Positions 111,561 to 124,000 of a stretch of 124,000 nucleotides of DNA are shown piece after piece. The stretch spans positions 25,068,001-25,192,000 of the forward strand of contig OX597819.1 in assembly GCA_951406725.2 (NCBI GenBank), read 5' to 3'. The DNA comes from Octopus vulgaris (Eukaryota). The notes under the pieces were generated by a model. The model ran no database searches. It was not told the DNA's origin and saw only the letters and a program-made list of their open reading frames with translations. Numbering within the stretch: the first letter of the stretch is position 1; every line of letters begins with the position of its first letter. The translations under genes were made by a program, and so were the position numbers.

Positions 111561-113324
111561 AATGTTTGGGAAATTTGAAATTTAGATTTTAAATGATTGC
111601 TAGGCTGACTGTAGAAAGGCAGTAGTATTGTTTCCTTACTTTGATGGTGCCTTGTGATAAATTATCATCATTATCATCATCATCATCATCATCATCATGG
111701 TTTTGTGCTTGTGCTGTGGTGCACCTACACACTCAGCTCTGTTTTTTAAAATCCTTTATTTAAGTGGAAAAGTAGTGTAGCTTATCTCAAAAGCCTTGTT
111801 TACAGAGCATTTGAGACTAGTGGGAATGAAGACAGGAAGAGTTTTTCCTCAAACTGAAGACCTGGCCCAAATGCTTCCAGCAGAGTGAACTTTGTTAAAA
111901 AGTACCCAAAATACCAGGTGGTGTGGATGGTGGATTAACCCTAATATCCAAATAGTCCATTGAAGAATTTGAACTCGGTACACAGAGTTAAAACAAATAC
112001 TAATAGAGCATCAGGCCAAATCACTATAAGTTCTGTGCGCAAATCTCACCAGAGTCAACTCTCCCTTTCATCCTTTTGAGATCAATAAAACAAAACAAAC
112101 ACCAGTCATGTGCTGGGGTTGATTTAATCAACAGATGCTGGTGCCTCCCTAAGTTTGCCAAGAAGAGACCAATCCGAAATGCATCTTCTTTATGAATCTT
112201 AAATGAATTTCTCAACATTTCAAAAACAGATGAGGTTATAAATCCAAATGATTACAATATTCCTATGAGGAGCAGTGACGGAACTAAGTTTTGAGAAGCT
112301 TTTTATCTATTTCCAAGTCAACAGAAAAGAAAGAACCTTTCATGTTCTGAGTTCAAATATTGCTAAGGTTACCTTTGTCTTTCATCCTTTTAGGAGTGAT
112401 AAACTAAAGTACTAGTCAAGTACTGGGGCTGATTTGATATTCCTATACGGTATCGCAGATGTGAATGGAATTATAATAGAAGACTAAAACTTGTATCCTT
112501 ATTTATGAGTGAGATAATAATATTTGTTATAAATATGCTTTACTGAGATACAGCTGGAAAAATTAGATTAAAACAAAGAATTGGTCATTTATGAAGAATA
112601 AGCCACGTTCGTGACACTTTTATGTTTTCTAAGATTGAAAGATAAGTATGATTGGGTAAGATGTGTGAAGCTGATATTTCATGTTGAAATGTTCCAGATT
112701 AGTAGTGAAAGTCATAAGATGAACAGAATGGGAGTCATACGAGTATAGAATTATTGGGTGAACTGCAAGAGAAAAGTTAATCAAAGATGGGAGCTAAAAG
112801 ATGAGATAAAAAGAAAAGTAATACTTTGAGAAGAGGTAAAAATATTCCCCCGTGTTGCTACCTACCCACGTTTTCTCTATTTACCAATGAACCAACCACT
112901 TTATTTATTTATTTAGCTACTTAACTAAATGAAAAAGAAAAATACTGACATCTGGAGAAAACTAGTGATGGTTTGTGTCAGAAAAATAAATGAAACAAAA
113001 TTAATGGAATTTGTAAAATAAAATATGTGTATGGTGCAGTGAGGTGAGTCTTGACATTTTGGGCAGAGAAGCAATGAAGAGCATCTTTCCTAGCTGTAAA
113101 TAAATTCATTTCACCTCTCAGCACATAATCTTTTATTTTCTTTCACTGAGTTTACTTAGCTAAATAGTTATGTATCTGTTTATCTGTGTATTGAAAAATC
113201 TACTTATCTGTCTGTTCTTCTATTGGTTTCAGTCATTGAGCTATGGCCATGCTGGGGCACTGCCTTCAAGTGTTTGTTAAAATTTATTCTGTTGTTGATG
113301 CCAGTGCTGTGTCTGTTATTGTTT

Positions 113325-113651
113325 CCAGTTGTGTTTGTTTGTCTGTGGACAAGATATCTCAAGAACCGCTTGATGGATTCAGATGAAACTTTCAGGGATG
113401 TTTGGCATCATGATTGGCATGAATTGATTAGATTTTGGGATCGATCTAGTATCAGACAAGTGTTCTGGATTATTTATCCTGTTATTTTACTTAATTTTTG
113501 AGAGCGGTCGGATTCGTTTTTAGTATTCTCGTTTGTGAGAGCAGCTGAGTTTATTTCAGGCATTCGCATTTTAAAAATCATCTCTGGCTAATCGTTGAGA
113601 GGACATTGGTGTTGTCTTGGCAGAGGTTTGCACTCTCCGAGTGCTCTTGTT
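113325..113651 (+). mobile_element. Helentron-associated (HINE-like) non-autonomous element
   Basis: (TGTT/TGTC)n then GATATCTCAAGAACC...GATGAAACTT, ending TTGGCAGAGGTTTGCACTCTCCGAGTGCTCTTGTT; recognised from memory of HINE ends. Confidence 0.4.
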
Positions 113652-115609
113652 ATTTTGTCATTTGTTTTTCTTTAATCAGTGTCTGTCAATTGGCTGAGTT
113701 CACTTATTGAATTATGTCTCTTTAAGTAGTTTCCTTCTCTTCGGAAGTAAATATGCTAAACAATTTACACATATTCACAGCAATATACACAGATACAGTT
113801 TCTCTTCACCAAATTTTATTGACAGGGCATTGGTCACTCTCAGGCTACGGTAGAAGACACTGTCTTGTAGGATTGAACATGAGTCCAATGTGATTGCTTA
113901 AACATACAGGGATATCTACAACATCATCATTGTTGTTTTAACATCCACTTTTCCATTGAAATCAGACAGAATTTGCTAATGAGGTTTTCTGTTGCTTTCC
114001 TGTTGCCAAAAACTCATTTGTTTCCAAGTAAAGTAACACATTCCTGTACAAAGGATTCTGCTTTATGACAGTGATGCTTGTTTACAATTATTGCATGATG
114101 TCCATACAAGGAGATACACATACACAGATACACATTACACGTGTTTGTGTGTTTAAGCAGTGGTGTGGTTGAAAAGCATTTCCCCATACCATGTGCTTTT
114201 GGGTATAGTCCCAAAGTGCCGCACCTTAGGTGTCTTCTGCTGTAACCTTGGGCCAATCAAAGCCTTGTGAGTGGATTTGATAGATGTATGTCTGTATCTG
114301 TGTTTATGTATATCTTTGTATATACATCATGTAATGATTGTAAATGAGTGTCATCATAAAACAAGTGAGATTGTTTGTTTCCAGTCTTCTGTGAAAGCAT
114401 GTTTAACTATAAGAAAGTATTATATTACTTGGAGATAGGTGGGTGTTGGTAACATGAAGGACATCTGACTATAAAATATCTGTCTCAAAGAAATGATATC
114501 TGATCCATGCTTGTGTGGCAAAGTGGATATTAGATGATGACAATAATTATGTGCATATATATGACTGGCTTCTTTCAGTTTCCATCTACCATATCTACTT
114601 ATGAGGCCATAGCAGAGGACACTTTTCCAAGTGGAGCAGAACACAAAACCATGTTATTCCATAGTAAACTCTATCTAGAAATCTAAGCCTGTATTAATAT
114701 CATTACAAATTAGTATTATTTTTTTTTTGTCTTCATATCAAAAGCTGAAGAGATAAGTTTCTGACTATTTATCTGTCTGTACATACATATTCATCTTATA
114801 TTGATATTGTGAGCTTCTGGTCATCTTGATTGAGCAGATCTATAGATATTTGAGCCATGACCACCCCATACATCTGTTTATCAAGAACTATGTTCTCTAA
114901 TGTGTTCTTCCATTTTTAAGATGACTGGTTGACTTGCATTCATTTTATGTTTATTTTACACTGCTTCAGACCCTTATAGGGATCTCCATTCCAAAAGGCA
115001 CACACATACACTCAAGCACATTAGAAAACTTTCAGTTTTGTAACTTGCACTCTCTCTCTCTTACACACACACACAGACATACACATATATGCATTTAGAT
115101 ACATACACATCAAAACACACAAAGAGATAAACACACAAACACACTCATTTATATGTATATGCACACATGCATATACATACATTTGCACTCATTCACACAC
115201 AAATATACATGCGTTCTTCATTTAAGATCCCTGTCTAGCTAGTCCTTGAGAAATATGTACAAAGAATGACTGCTAGAATTACAGTTAGCCAATACTCTAG
115301 TTAAGACTCTGATTTAGGTCTAGAATTTTAGCTTGATATGCAAGGTTTTAATTACACACTCATCATGTCTAGCACACATCCAAACACATATGCATTTCTA
115401 CATGCTCTCTTTCTTCCTTTCTCTCTCTCTCTCTCTCACACATGCATACATACACAGGCACAAACACAAATGTCCTCATACAAAATTCACATCTTCCACA
115501 TATCTGTTTAGAAATTCATATAGAATATGTGTGTGTGTATGTGCATACATATGAATTTAAACATATACATGTGTGTATATGTATGCATAGCTCTCATATA
115601 CTCTCTTCT

Positions 115610-115643
<34 letters not shown>

Positions 115644-115788
115644 TGCACGCTCACACACACGCAGAAACATAGATATGAGGTCTATTATCTTATATAATAA
115701 AACAGACTCCAATCTGATCTGGCAGTGTTTCTACAGCTGGATGCCCTTCCTAATGCCAACCACTCTGTGAGTGTATTGGGTGCTTTTA

Positions 115789-115960
115789 TTTGACTGCGGC
115801 CATGCTGGAGCACCGCCTTTAGTTGAGCAAATCGACCCCGGGACTTATTCTTTGTAAGCCCAGTACTTATTCTATCGGTCTCTTTTGCCGAACCGCTGAG
115901 TGACGGGGACGTAAACACACCAGCATTGGTTGTCAAGCAATGCTAGGGGGACAAACACTA

Positions 115961-115991
<31 letters not shown>

Positions 115992-118264
115992 CATATATAC
116001 ACATATACGACAGGCTTCTTTCAGTTTCCATCTACCAAATCCACTCACAAGGCATTGGTCGGCCCGGAGCTATAGCAGAAGACACTTGCCCAAGATGCCA
116101 CGCAGTGGGACTGAACCCAGAACCATGTGGTTGGTTAGCAAGCTACTTACCACACAGCCACTCCTGCACCTATATATATATACATATATTCACATAAACA
116201 TCTACATGATCAAATGTATGTACAGCCTATGTGTACACACATCTAATAATGATGATGGTAGTTTCTCATAGTCTGAGAAAGACAGCTCTGCAGTTTATTG
116301 CTGGGCAACCTGCACAGATGATTTGTCTATAGTGATGAAATGCATATGCTGTAGATTAGCTCACTCCTTCCATCAAATTGACATTTTTTGAACAGGTGCA
116401 CAGTGTACAATGCATCAGGTGTTGAAGTGATTGCAGGGAAACACGAAATGAAGTGTTTTACTCAAAATCACAATGCTCCACCCAGTCAGGAATTGAAACT
116501 ATGATCTTGTGATCATGATTGCAACACTCTCCAACCACTAGCTCATACACCCTTAACAACCATAACTAAAATATACTTATTACTCACCACCATCACACAT
116601 ATACAACTGTTATATCTTACGTATACATAATTCATCCCACACATTTACATAGACACATATATAGGTGTAAGAGTGGCTGTGTGGTAAGTAGCTTGCTTAT
116701 GACCCACATGGTTCCAGGTTCAGTCCTACTGTGTGGCACCTTGGGCAAGTATCTTCTACTATAACCTCGGGCTGACCAAAGCCTTGTGAGTGGATTTGGT
116801 AGACGGAGACTGAAAGAAGCCCGTCGTATATATGTATATATATATGTGTGTGCGTGTGTATGTTTGTGTGTCTATGTTTGTCCCCTCGCCATCGCTTCAC
116901 AACCGATGCTGGTGTGTTTACATCCCCGTAACTTAGCAGTTCAGCAAAAGAGACTGATAGAAGTACTAGGCTTACAAAGAATAAGTCCTGGGGTCGATTT
117001 GCTGGCCGCAGTCAAATGAATGAAACAAGTAAAAGAGTATAGTCTTATAGATATAGGATAAGTTCAGCTATTTGCACAATATACAAATAGGCGCAGGAGT
117101 GGCTGTGTGGTAAGTAGCTTGTTTACCAACCACATGGTTCCGGGTTCAGTCCCACTGCATGGCACCTTGGGTAAGTGTCTTCTACTATAGCCTCGGGCCG
117201 ACCAAAGCCTTGTGAGTGGATTTGGTAGACGGAAACTGAAAGAAGCCCGTCGTATATATGTATGTATATGTATGTGCGTGTATGTTTGTGTGTCTGTGTT
117301 TGTCCCCCTAGCATTGCTTGACAACCGATGGTGGTGTGTTTATGTCACCATCACTTAGCAGTTCGGCAAAAGAGACCGATAGAATAAGTACTGGGCTTAC
117401 AAAAGAATAAGTCCTGGGGTCGAGTTGCTCGACTAAAGGCGGTGCCCCAGCATGGCTGCAGTCAAATGACTGAAACAAGTAAAAGAGTAAAGAGTAAAAG
117501 AGTTTTTACACACAAGAAACAGTCACAAGTACATTCACATATAATTACACAAGTACACAATCTGTAATACTCACAGTACAGAAAAATCTCTTCTAAATTC
117601 TCTGCTCTCCCTTTCTCTACTTGATTCTTTTTACAATCACTGTCCTTTTTTTTGTTAATATTCCTCTCTTTTTCTTTTTTTCTGTTTTCTTCTACTTTTC
117701 CCCCCCCTCTCTCATCCCCTTTTTTCTGTTTCTGTTTCTCAATCCAGTACCTACATCTCTTTAATCACTCTTTATTTCAACCTGCTTTCCCTGCAGGCTG
117801 CTCAATAACATCACCAACTAATCATTGAGCTGCTGTCCCAGATAAAATAGTTGGTTTAGTATCATTTCCAAGATAAAGGTTAACAGAGAAATAGAGAACC
117901 ACACAAACACACTCACACACACACTACACTGTACCACACTATACACACACACTCATATGGAGTAAGGCTTAGGAGCAGGTTCTATCATTCCAAAATGAAA
118001 TTGGTAGATTGATACCCAGGCTATTACAAGAACTGGCTGTGAATTTATAATTGCTTAGCTTATTATCTATCAGTATACAATTTCTATTTCGAATATCAGG
118101 AGTGGCTGTGTGGTAAGTAGCTTGCTTACCAACCACATGGTTCCGGGTTCAGTTCCACTGCGTGGCACCTTGGGCAAGTGTCTTCTACTATAGCCTTGGG
118201 CCGACCAAAGCCTTGTGAATGGATTTGGTAGACGGAAACTGAAAGAAGCCCGTCGTATATATGC

Positions 118265-118300
<36 letters not shown>

Positions 118301-118520
118301 ATATGTTTGTGCGTCTGTGTTGTCCCCCCAACATCGCTTGACAACCGATGCTTGTGTGTTTACGTCCCCGTAACTTAGCAGTTCGGCAAAAGAGAAGACC
118401 GATAAAATAAGTAGTAGGCTTACAAAGAATAAGTCATGGGGTCGATTTGGTCGACTGAAGGTGGTACTCCAGCATGGCCGCAGTCATATGACTGAAACAA
118501 GTAAAAGAGAGTAAAGAGTA
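115789..118520. mobile_element. Cluster of four SINE-A copies: 115789-116172(-), 116662-117040(+), 117087-117502(+), 118098-118520(+)
   Basis: Family matches. Confidence 0.85.
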
Positions 118521-118639
118521 TACATCTATAATTTTATAGTTAACTTAAACTTAGATAAACTTGGTTAAATATTTCTACCAGGTTGAGCTAACATGCAGAA
118601 GCTCTCTTATTGGTTCACACAAACTCTACTCTATCTATC

Positions 118640-118687
<48 letters not shown>

Positions 118688-118855
118688 CATGAACAAGCAA
118701 ATGAAGAAAGAAAACACTGCATTTGAAGATGAGTTGGGTGTGTACTAATAAAAATATAAATATTTAAATACTAAAGCTTTTGATGCATTAAGCTTACTGT
118801 TACCACTATCCTATTTATGATGTTTAGTTAATTATATATATATATATACACACAC

Positions 118856-118890
<35 letters not shown>

Positions 118891-119290
118891 ACTTACAAAC
118901 ACTATATTTTGATTAATCATTCTCATTATGAGATTTAGTTAATTATGCATAAATGTTTTGATTAACCATTCTCATTATGAGGTTTTAGTTAATTAAACAT
119001 ATTTGCATTAAGTATCTTCATTTATTATACATGCATGACACTTTGATTAAATGTTGCTATTATGATTAGTTAATTATGCATATATTAATGGAGCTGTGTC
119101 ATCAAAAGTAATAACAGCTTTATTGTTACTCTAATCATTTTTTTACTCCAACTCCAATTTTGATTTGCCCACTCATTTTCCCCTCTAAGTGTGATAACTC
119201 AACCTTTTACTAACATTAATTTTACTTCTCTTACTGCCACTCCCTCACATGCTCTTTTTTTGTCATTTGATAATATCCTACTTCAACACA

Positions 119291-119680
119291 GTAGAGGCGC
119301 AATGGCTCAGTGGTTAGGGCAGCAGACTCGCGGTCATAGGATCGCGGTTTCGATTCCCAGACCGGGCATTGTGAGTGTTTATTGAGCGAAAACACCTAAA
119401 AAGCTCCACGAGGCTCCGGCAGGGGATGGTGGTGATTCCTGCTGTACTCTTTCACCACAACTTTCTCTCACTCTTACTTCCTGTTTCTGTTGTACCTGTA
119501 TTTCAAAGGGCCGGCCTTGTCACTCTCTGTGTCACGCTGAATATCCCCGAGAACTACGTTAAGGGTACACGTCTCTGTGGAGTGCTCAGCCACTTAGACG
119601 TTAATTTCACGAGCAGGCTGTTCCGCTGATTCGGATCAACCGGAACCCTCATCGTCGTAACTGACGGAGTGCTTCCATCC
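119291..119680 (+). mobile_element. SINE family D with 11-bp TSD ACTTCAACACA
   Basis: TSD at 119280-90 and 119681-91. Confidence 0.88.
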
Positions 119681-119847
119681 ACTTCAACACAATCCCATTA
119701 GTATGACAGCACTGCAACTCAGAGGCTAATTATTCTACATAGACAATATATTTTGATTAACCATTGTTATTAGGATGTTTAGTCAATTTACACATATATG
119801 ATATACTTGATTTTGATTTGTTTTCTTTACTATTCTCTTTCTTGTAG

Positions 119848-120021
119848 CACATGGTGGATGGACTCCATGGTCTGCTTGGACATCCTGTTCTCAGACGTGT
119901 AATAGTGGTGTTAGATCTCGCACACGTACCTGTGGGAATCCGGCCCCACTGCATGGAGGACGTGATTGTGAGGGGTCCCCCAAGCAGGAGGAATACTGTC
120001 CTGGAAATCCACGTTGTCCTT
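119848..120021 (+). CDS. Sema5: Semaphorin-5-like exon 15 (TSP1 repeat 2)
   Basis: ttgtag| THGGWTPWSAWTSCSQTCNSGVRSRTRTCGNPAPLHGGRDCEGSPKQEEYCPGNPRCP |gtaagt. Confidence 0.96.
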
Positions 120022-120074
120022 GTAAGTAAAGCACTAATCTTTTGATACTTATCTTCTTACCTTTAGGACTTTTC

Positions 120075-120323
120075 CTTTTACTTTTACTTGTTTCAGTCAT
120101 TTGACTGTGGCCATGCTGGAGCACCGCCTTTAGTCGAGCAAATCAACCCCAGGACTAATTCTTTGGAAGCCTAGTACTTGTTCTATCGGTCTCTTTTGTC
120201 AAATCACTAAGTTACGGGGGACGTAAACACACCACCATCGGTTGTCAAGTGATGCTGGGAGACAAACACAGACGCACAAACATACACACACACACACACA
120301 CACATATATACATATACATACAT

Positions 120324-120372
<49 letters not shown>

Positions 120373-120673
120373 CCTGCTTGCTTAGCCAGCAGGGGTGGCT
120401 TCATTTGAAGGCTAAAACAATGCGAAGCGCATTGTGACCAGCGATGTGTAGCAACATCTGATAGCCTGGTCGGTAACGGTGATCACGGTGATATATATAT
120501 ATATATATATATATATACGACTGGCTTCTTTCAGTTTCCATCTACCAAATCTTCACAAGGCTTTGGTTGGCCTGAGGCTATAGTAGAAGACACTTGCCCA
120601 AGGTGCCACGCAGTATGAATGAACCTGGAATCATGAGGTTGGTAAGCAAGCTACTTACCACGCAGCCACTCCT
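120075..120673 (-). mobile_element. SINE family A with a secondary insertion in its (TA)n linker
   Basis: Family match interrupted at ~120369-120492. Confidence 0.8.
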
Positions 120674-121082
120674 ATATATATTCCTACATGTATATGCAGG
120701 TGTTTGTGTGGGTGCAATCATAACTGTGTGGTTATGAAATCCCCACCATAGCCACATATTTTGGCTTCAGTCATACTGCACAGCACCTTAAGCATTTGTC
120801 TTTTACTGTGGCAGACCAATGCCTTGTGAATAGATTTGGTGGAAAGAAGCTTTTCAAAAGTGCTTTATCTGTGTGTGTGCGTGCGCATATGTCAGTCACA
120901 ACTTGTATGTCAGTCACAACTTGACAATAAGTGTTGGTTTGTAAGCAAAATAAACTAATAGAACAAACATCAAACTTATAATAAAGACTGGGATTGATTT
121001 CTTCAACTAAACCCTTCAAAGTAGAATTCCAACTTGGCTGCTGTCCAATGACTGAAACAAGTAAAGAATTCATATATGTATA

Positions 121083-121244
121083 TAGGCACAGGCATGGCTG
121101 TATGGTAAGTAGCTTGCTTACCAACCACATGGTTCTGGGTTCAGTCCCACTGTGTGGCACCTTGGACAAGTGTCTTCTACTATACCTTTGGTCCAACCAA
121201 AGCTTTGTGAGTGGATTTGGTAGATGGAAACTGAAAGAAACCTT

Positions 121245-121306
<62 letters not shown>

Positions 121307-121913
121307 TTCTGTGTTTGTGATTTTCCCCCCACCATCACATGACAATTGATGTTAGTGTGTTTACTTTCACCTAACTTAGCGGTTTGGCAAAAGAGACTGA
121401 TAGAATAAATACTAGGCTTATAAGTCTTGGGGTCGATTTGTTTGACGAAAGGCGGTGCTCCAACATGGCTGCAGTCAAATGACTGAAACAAATAAAAAAA
121501 TATATATGGAGTGATGTATGTATATTCTCTTTTACTCTTTTACTTGTTTCAGTCATTTGACTGTGGCCATGCTGGAGCACCGCCTTTAGTCGAGCAAATC
121601 GACCCCGGGACTTATTCTTTGTAAGCCCAGTACTTATTCTATTGGTCTCTTTTGCTGAACCGCTAAGTGACGGGGACGTAAACTCACCAGCATCGGTTGT
121701 CAAGCAATGCTAGAGGGACAAACACAGACACACAAACACACACACATACATATATATGACAAGCTTCTTTCAGTTTCTGTCTACCAAATACACTCACAAG
121801 GCATTGGTCGGCCCGGGGCTATAGCAGAAGGCACTTGCCCAAGATGCCACGCAGTGGGACTGAACCCGGAACCATGTGGTTGGTTAGCAAACTACTTACC
121901 ACACAGCCACTCC
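121083..121913. mobile_element. Tail-to-tail inverted SINE-A pair: 121083-121500(+), 121525-121913(-)
   Basis: Two full copies about 25 nt apart. Confidence 0.85.
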
Positions 121914-123084
121914 AATATATGCTGAGTATAAAAAGCACTATAACTGGAGCACAACCACAGATTTACAATATAGAATATGATGAATTATGATCTCAGACTC
122001 TGGCACAAGAATGCATGGTTTTCTTTACTAATTTAAACAATATTGTTAGCCTAGTGTAGAGAGAGAGCTTATAAAATATTTTGCTCAGATTGATAATCCC
122101 TCACTAATAACTATGTATGTGCATATGTATAAATATTATCCTTTTCTTTTCCCTCTCTTTTTTTCCTCTCCCTCTCTCTGTCTCAATTTTTTATTTTTTC
122201 TCTAATTTGGCAACATGAGTGTTTTTCAATGTGTTGTTGAATCTCTTGCTACATTATTATTAACCATGGCAGGATGTCATTAGGCAAAGTTTTCAGAAAC
122301 GGTGCTGTTTGACATATATATAAGTATATATAAAACACCACCAATACACACACACACACACAAGCCTGTTTAAATGTTTGCAACAAGGTTACAATAGTCA
122401 TTGTGATTAGTGTTTTTTTGGCTTCTTCTTCCATTTCTACTAATGATGTCCTTCCATTCTTTGAGACTTGTTTGTTTCTTTACATTCAGGCGTATTCATA
122501 CCATCTCCATCATTCATTCATTCATCATCGCCCACCTCTCTTTCTCCTAAACATTTTCTCTTCCACCCACTCACATTTCTTCCATCCACCTTCTTTTCCA
122601 TATCTCCTCTCACTCACCCTCCTATTTAATCTCTTGTTCACCCTCTTTCTATCTCTCGATTTCTCTTACTTATCCTCACTCTTTCTGTTTCCCTCTCTTC
122701 TCTTTCTACCTCTCTCTTCCTTTTCTCATCTTTTGTCCTTTACTCTCATCCTCTCTCTCGCTCTCTCTCTCTCTCTCTAATATGCAAGAGCATATTAGTT
122801 TCATCATTATCTTGCCACCACACACTGCTTCATCTTTTCTTGGGTTGAACGCTTAGCAGCATTTCGTCCATCTTTACATTCTGAGTTCAAATTCTGCTGA
122901 GGTCAAATTTGTCTTTTATCCTTTCGGAGTCAATTAAATAAGTTTCAGTCGAACACTGGAGTTGTTGTAATTGGTTTAGCACATACTTCAAAATTGCTGG
123001 CCTTGTGCCAAAATTTAAAATCATTATACACCTTACAACATACACAACCCTAACACGCTCTTTACTTTCTCTTTACTTACACAG

Positions 123085-123264
123085 ATAGCCCTATCAATGG
123101 CCAGTGGTCAATGTGGTCCTCATGGGCTGGATGCTCAGAGCGATGTTATGGAGGAGTTCAAACAAGACGCCGTAACTGTGACAACCCACCGCCAAAACAC
123201 AAGGGCTTACCTTGTATTGGAAATGAACAGGAATGGCGTATGTGCAATAAACATAACTGTGATG
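123085..123264 (+). CDS. Sema5: Semaphorin-5-like exon 16 (TSP1 repeat 3); gene continues beyond window
   Basis: acacag| YSPINGQWSMWSSWAGCSERCYGGVQTRRRNCDNPPPKHKGLPCIGNEQEWRMCNKHNCD |gtaagt; no stop codon reached. Confidence 0.96.
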
Positions 123265-123886
123265 GTAAGTATAGTCCTCATCATGGCTATTATTATCTTC
123301 ATTATCATCATCATCTTTATCTATACCAACAACAAATGCAAGAAACAACTACATATTAGACTGACTTGCTAGAAGTAGCTGTTAAAATTTCCCTCAGATC
123401 AAACCCTGTTAATTATAAAGAAGTAAGAATTCAACTGACGTTGAGGTCACTGGTATTCAAAAATTATTGAATGGTGAAAGCTGAAATGCCTTGGATTTTA
123501 GGTCTACTCAGTCGAGAGGGTAACATGAGACTTAATGATGAGAACAACAACAAAGGCAGGTCACATTGCGCAATGTATCCTAGATACACTATGAAAGAAA
123601 AAAGATGGTGTGGTTAATTCCCTTATATTTGTATATAATATTCTCTTTAATTTTGCAACATATTTGATCATAATTCTACTCAATCTTCATGGGTTGATCA
123701 AATAAAGTACCAGTCAAGTATTGGGGGGGGGGATTTAATTGAGTAACCCCCTCATCCCAAAGTTCTCGCCTCATGCTTTTATAAGAAATATATTTTATTC
123801 TCTTATATTCCTTTATTGCTTTATAGCTATATCATATTCCCTCATTGCATTCCTTTATTCCTTTATAAATGTAATATTCTCTTACT

Positions 123887-124000
123887 TTAACCCTTTTGTT
123901 ACCAACCCGGCTGAAACCGGCTCTGACTTTGTAGTACAAATGTCTTGTTTTTAAAAGTTCTGAATTAAAATCTTCCACCAAACCTTTAGTCACAATTATG
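123887..124000. mobile_element. piggyBac-type MITE family 2, cut by window end (same terminus inverted at 1-94)
   Basis: TTAA|CCCTTTTGTTAC..; reverse complement of positions 1-94 aligns over about 90 nt. Confidence 0.6.

Overview
AT-rich, repeat-saturated animal genomic DNA. The SINE/microsatellite make-up looks like Octopus (coleoid cephalopod); this is an inference, not a database result. I can support one protein-coding gene: a class-5 semaphorin on the + strand. I reconstructed it by hand as 16 GT-AG exons from ~30.9 kb to 123.26 kb whose phases join into one open frame (709 codons from ATG 30983, 723 from ATG 30941). The frame encodes a signal peptide, a complete Sema domain, a PSI domain and three TSP1 repeats, and continues past the window end. 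The rest is mobile and repetitive DNA: at least five SINE-like families, about 11 non-autonomous Helitrons (including a head-to-tail dimer, a copy with captured sequence and a 3'-end chimera), a ~560-bp retroposon found only inside (TAA)n arrays, LINE remnants (RLE/R4-like, RTE-like, CR1-like), mariner/pogo/piggyBac-type derivatives, several long hairpin elements, and very long micro/minisatellites. Nearly all long ORFs in the supplied track are repeat artefacts. I found no clearly new biological system. The best leads are Helitron rolling-circle signatures, the (TAA)n-targeted retroposon, a SINE-LINE shared tail, and dense intronic dsRNA-forming structures in the semaphorin pre-mRNA. Repeat boundaries were read by eye and may be off by a few bases.
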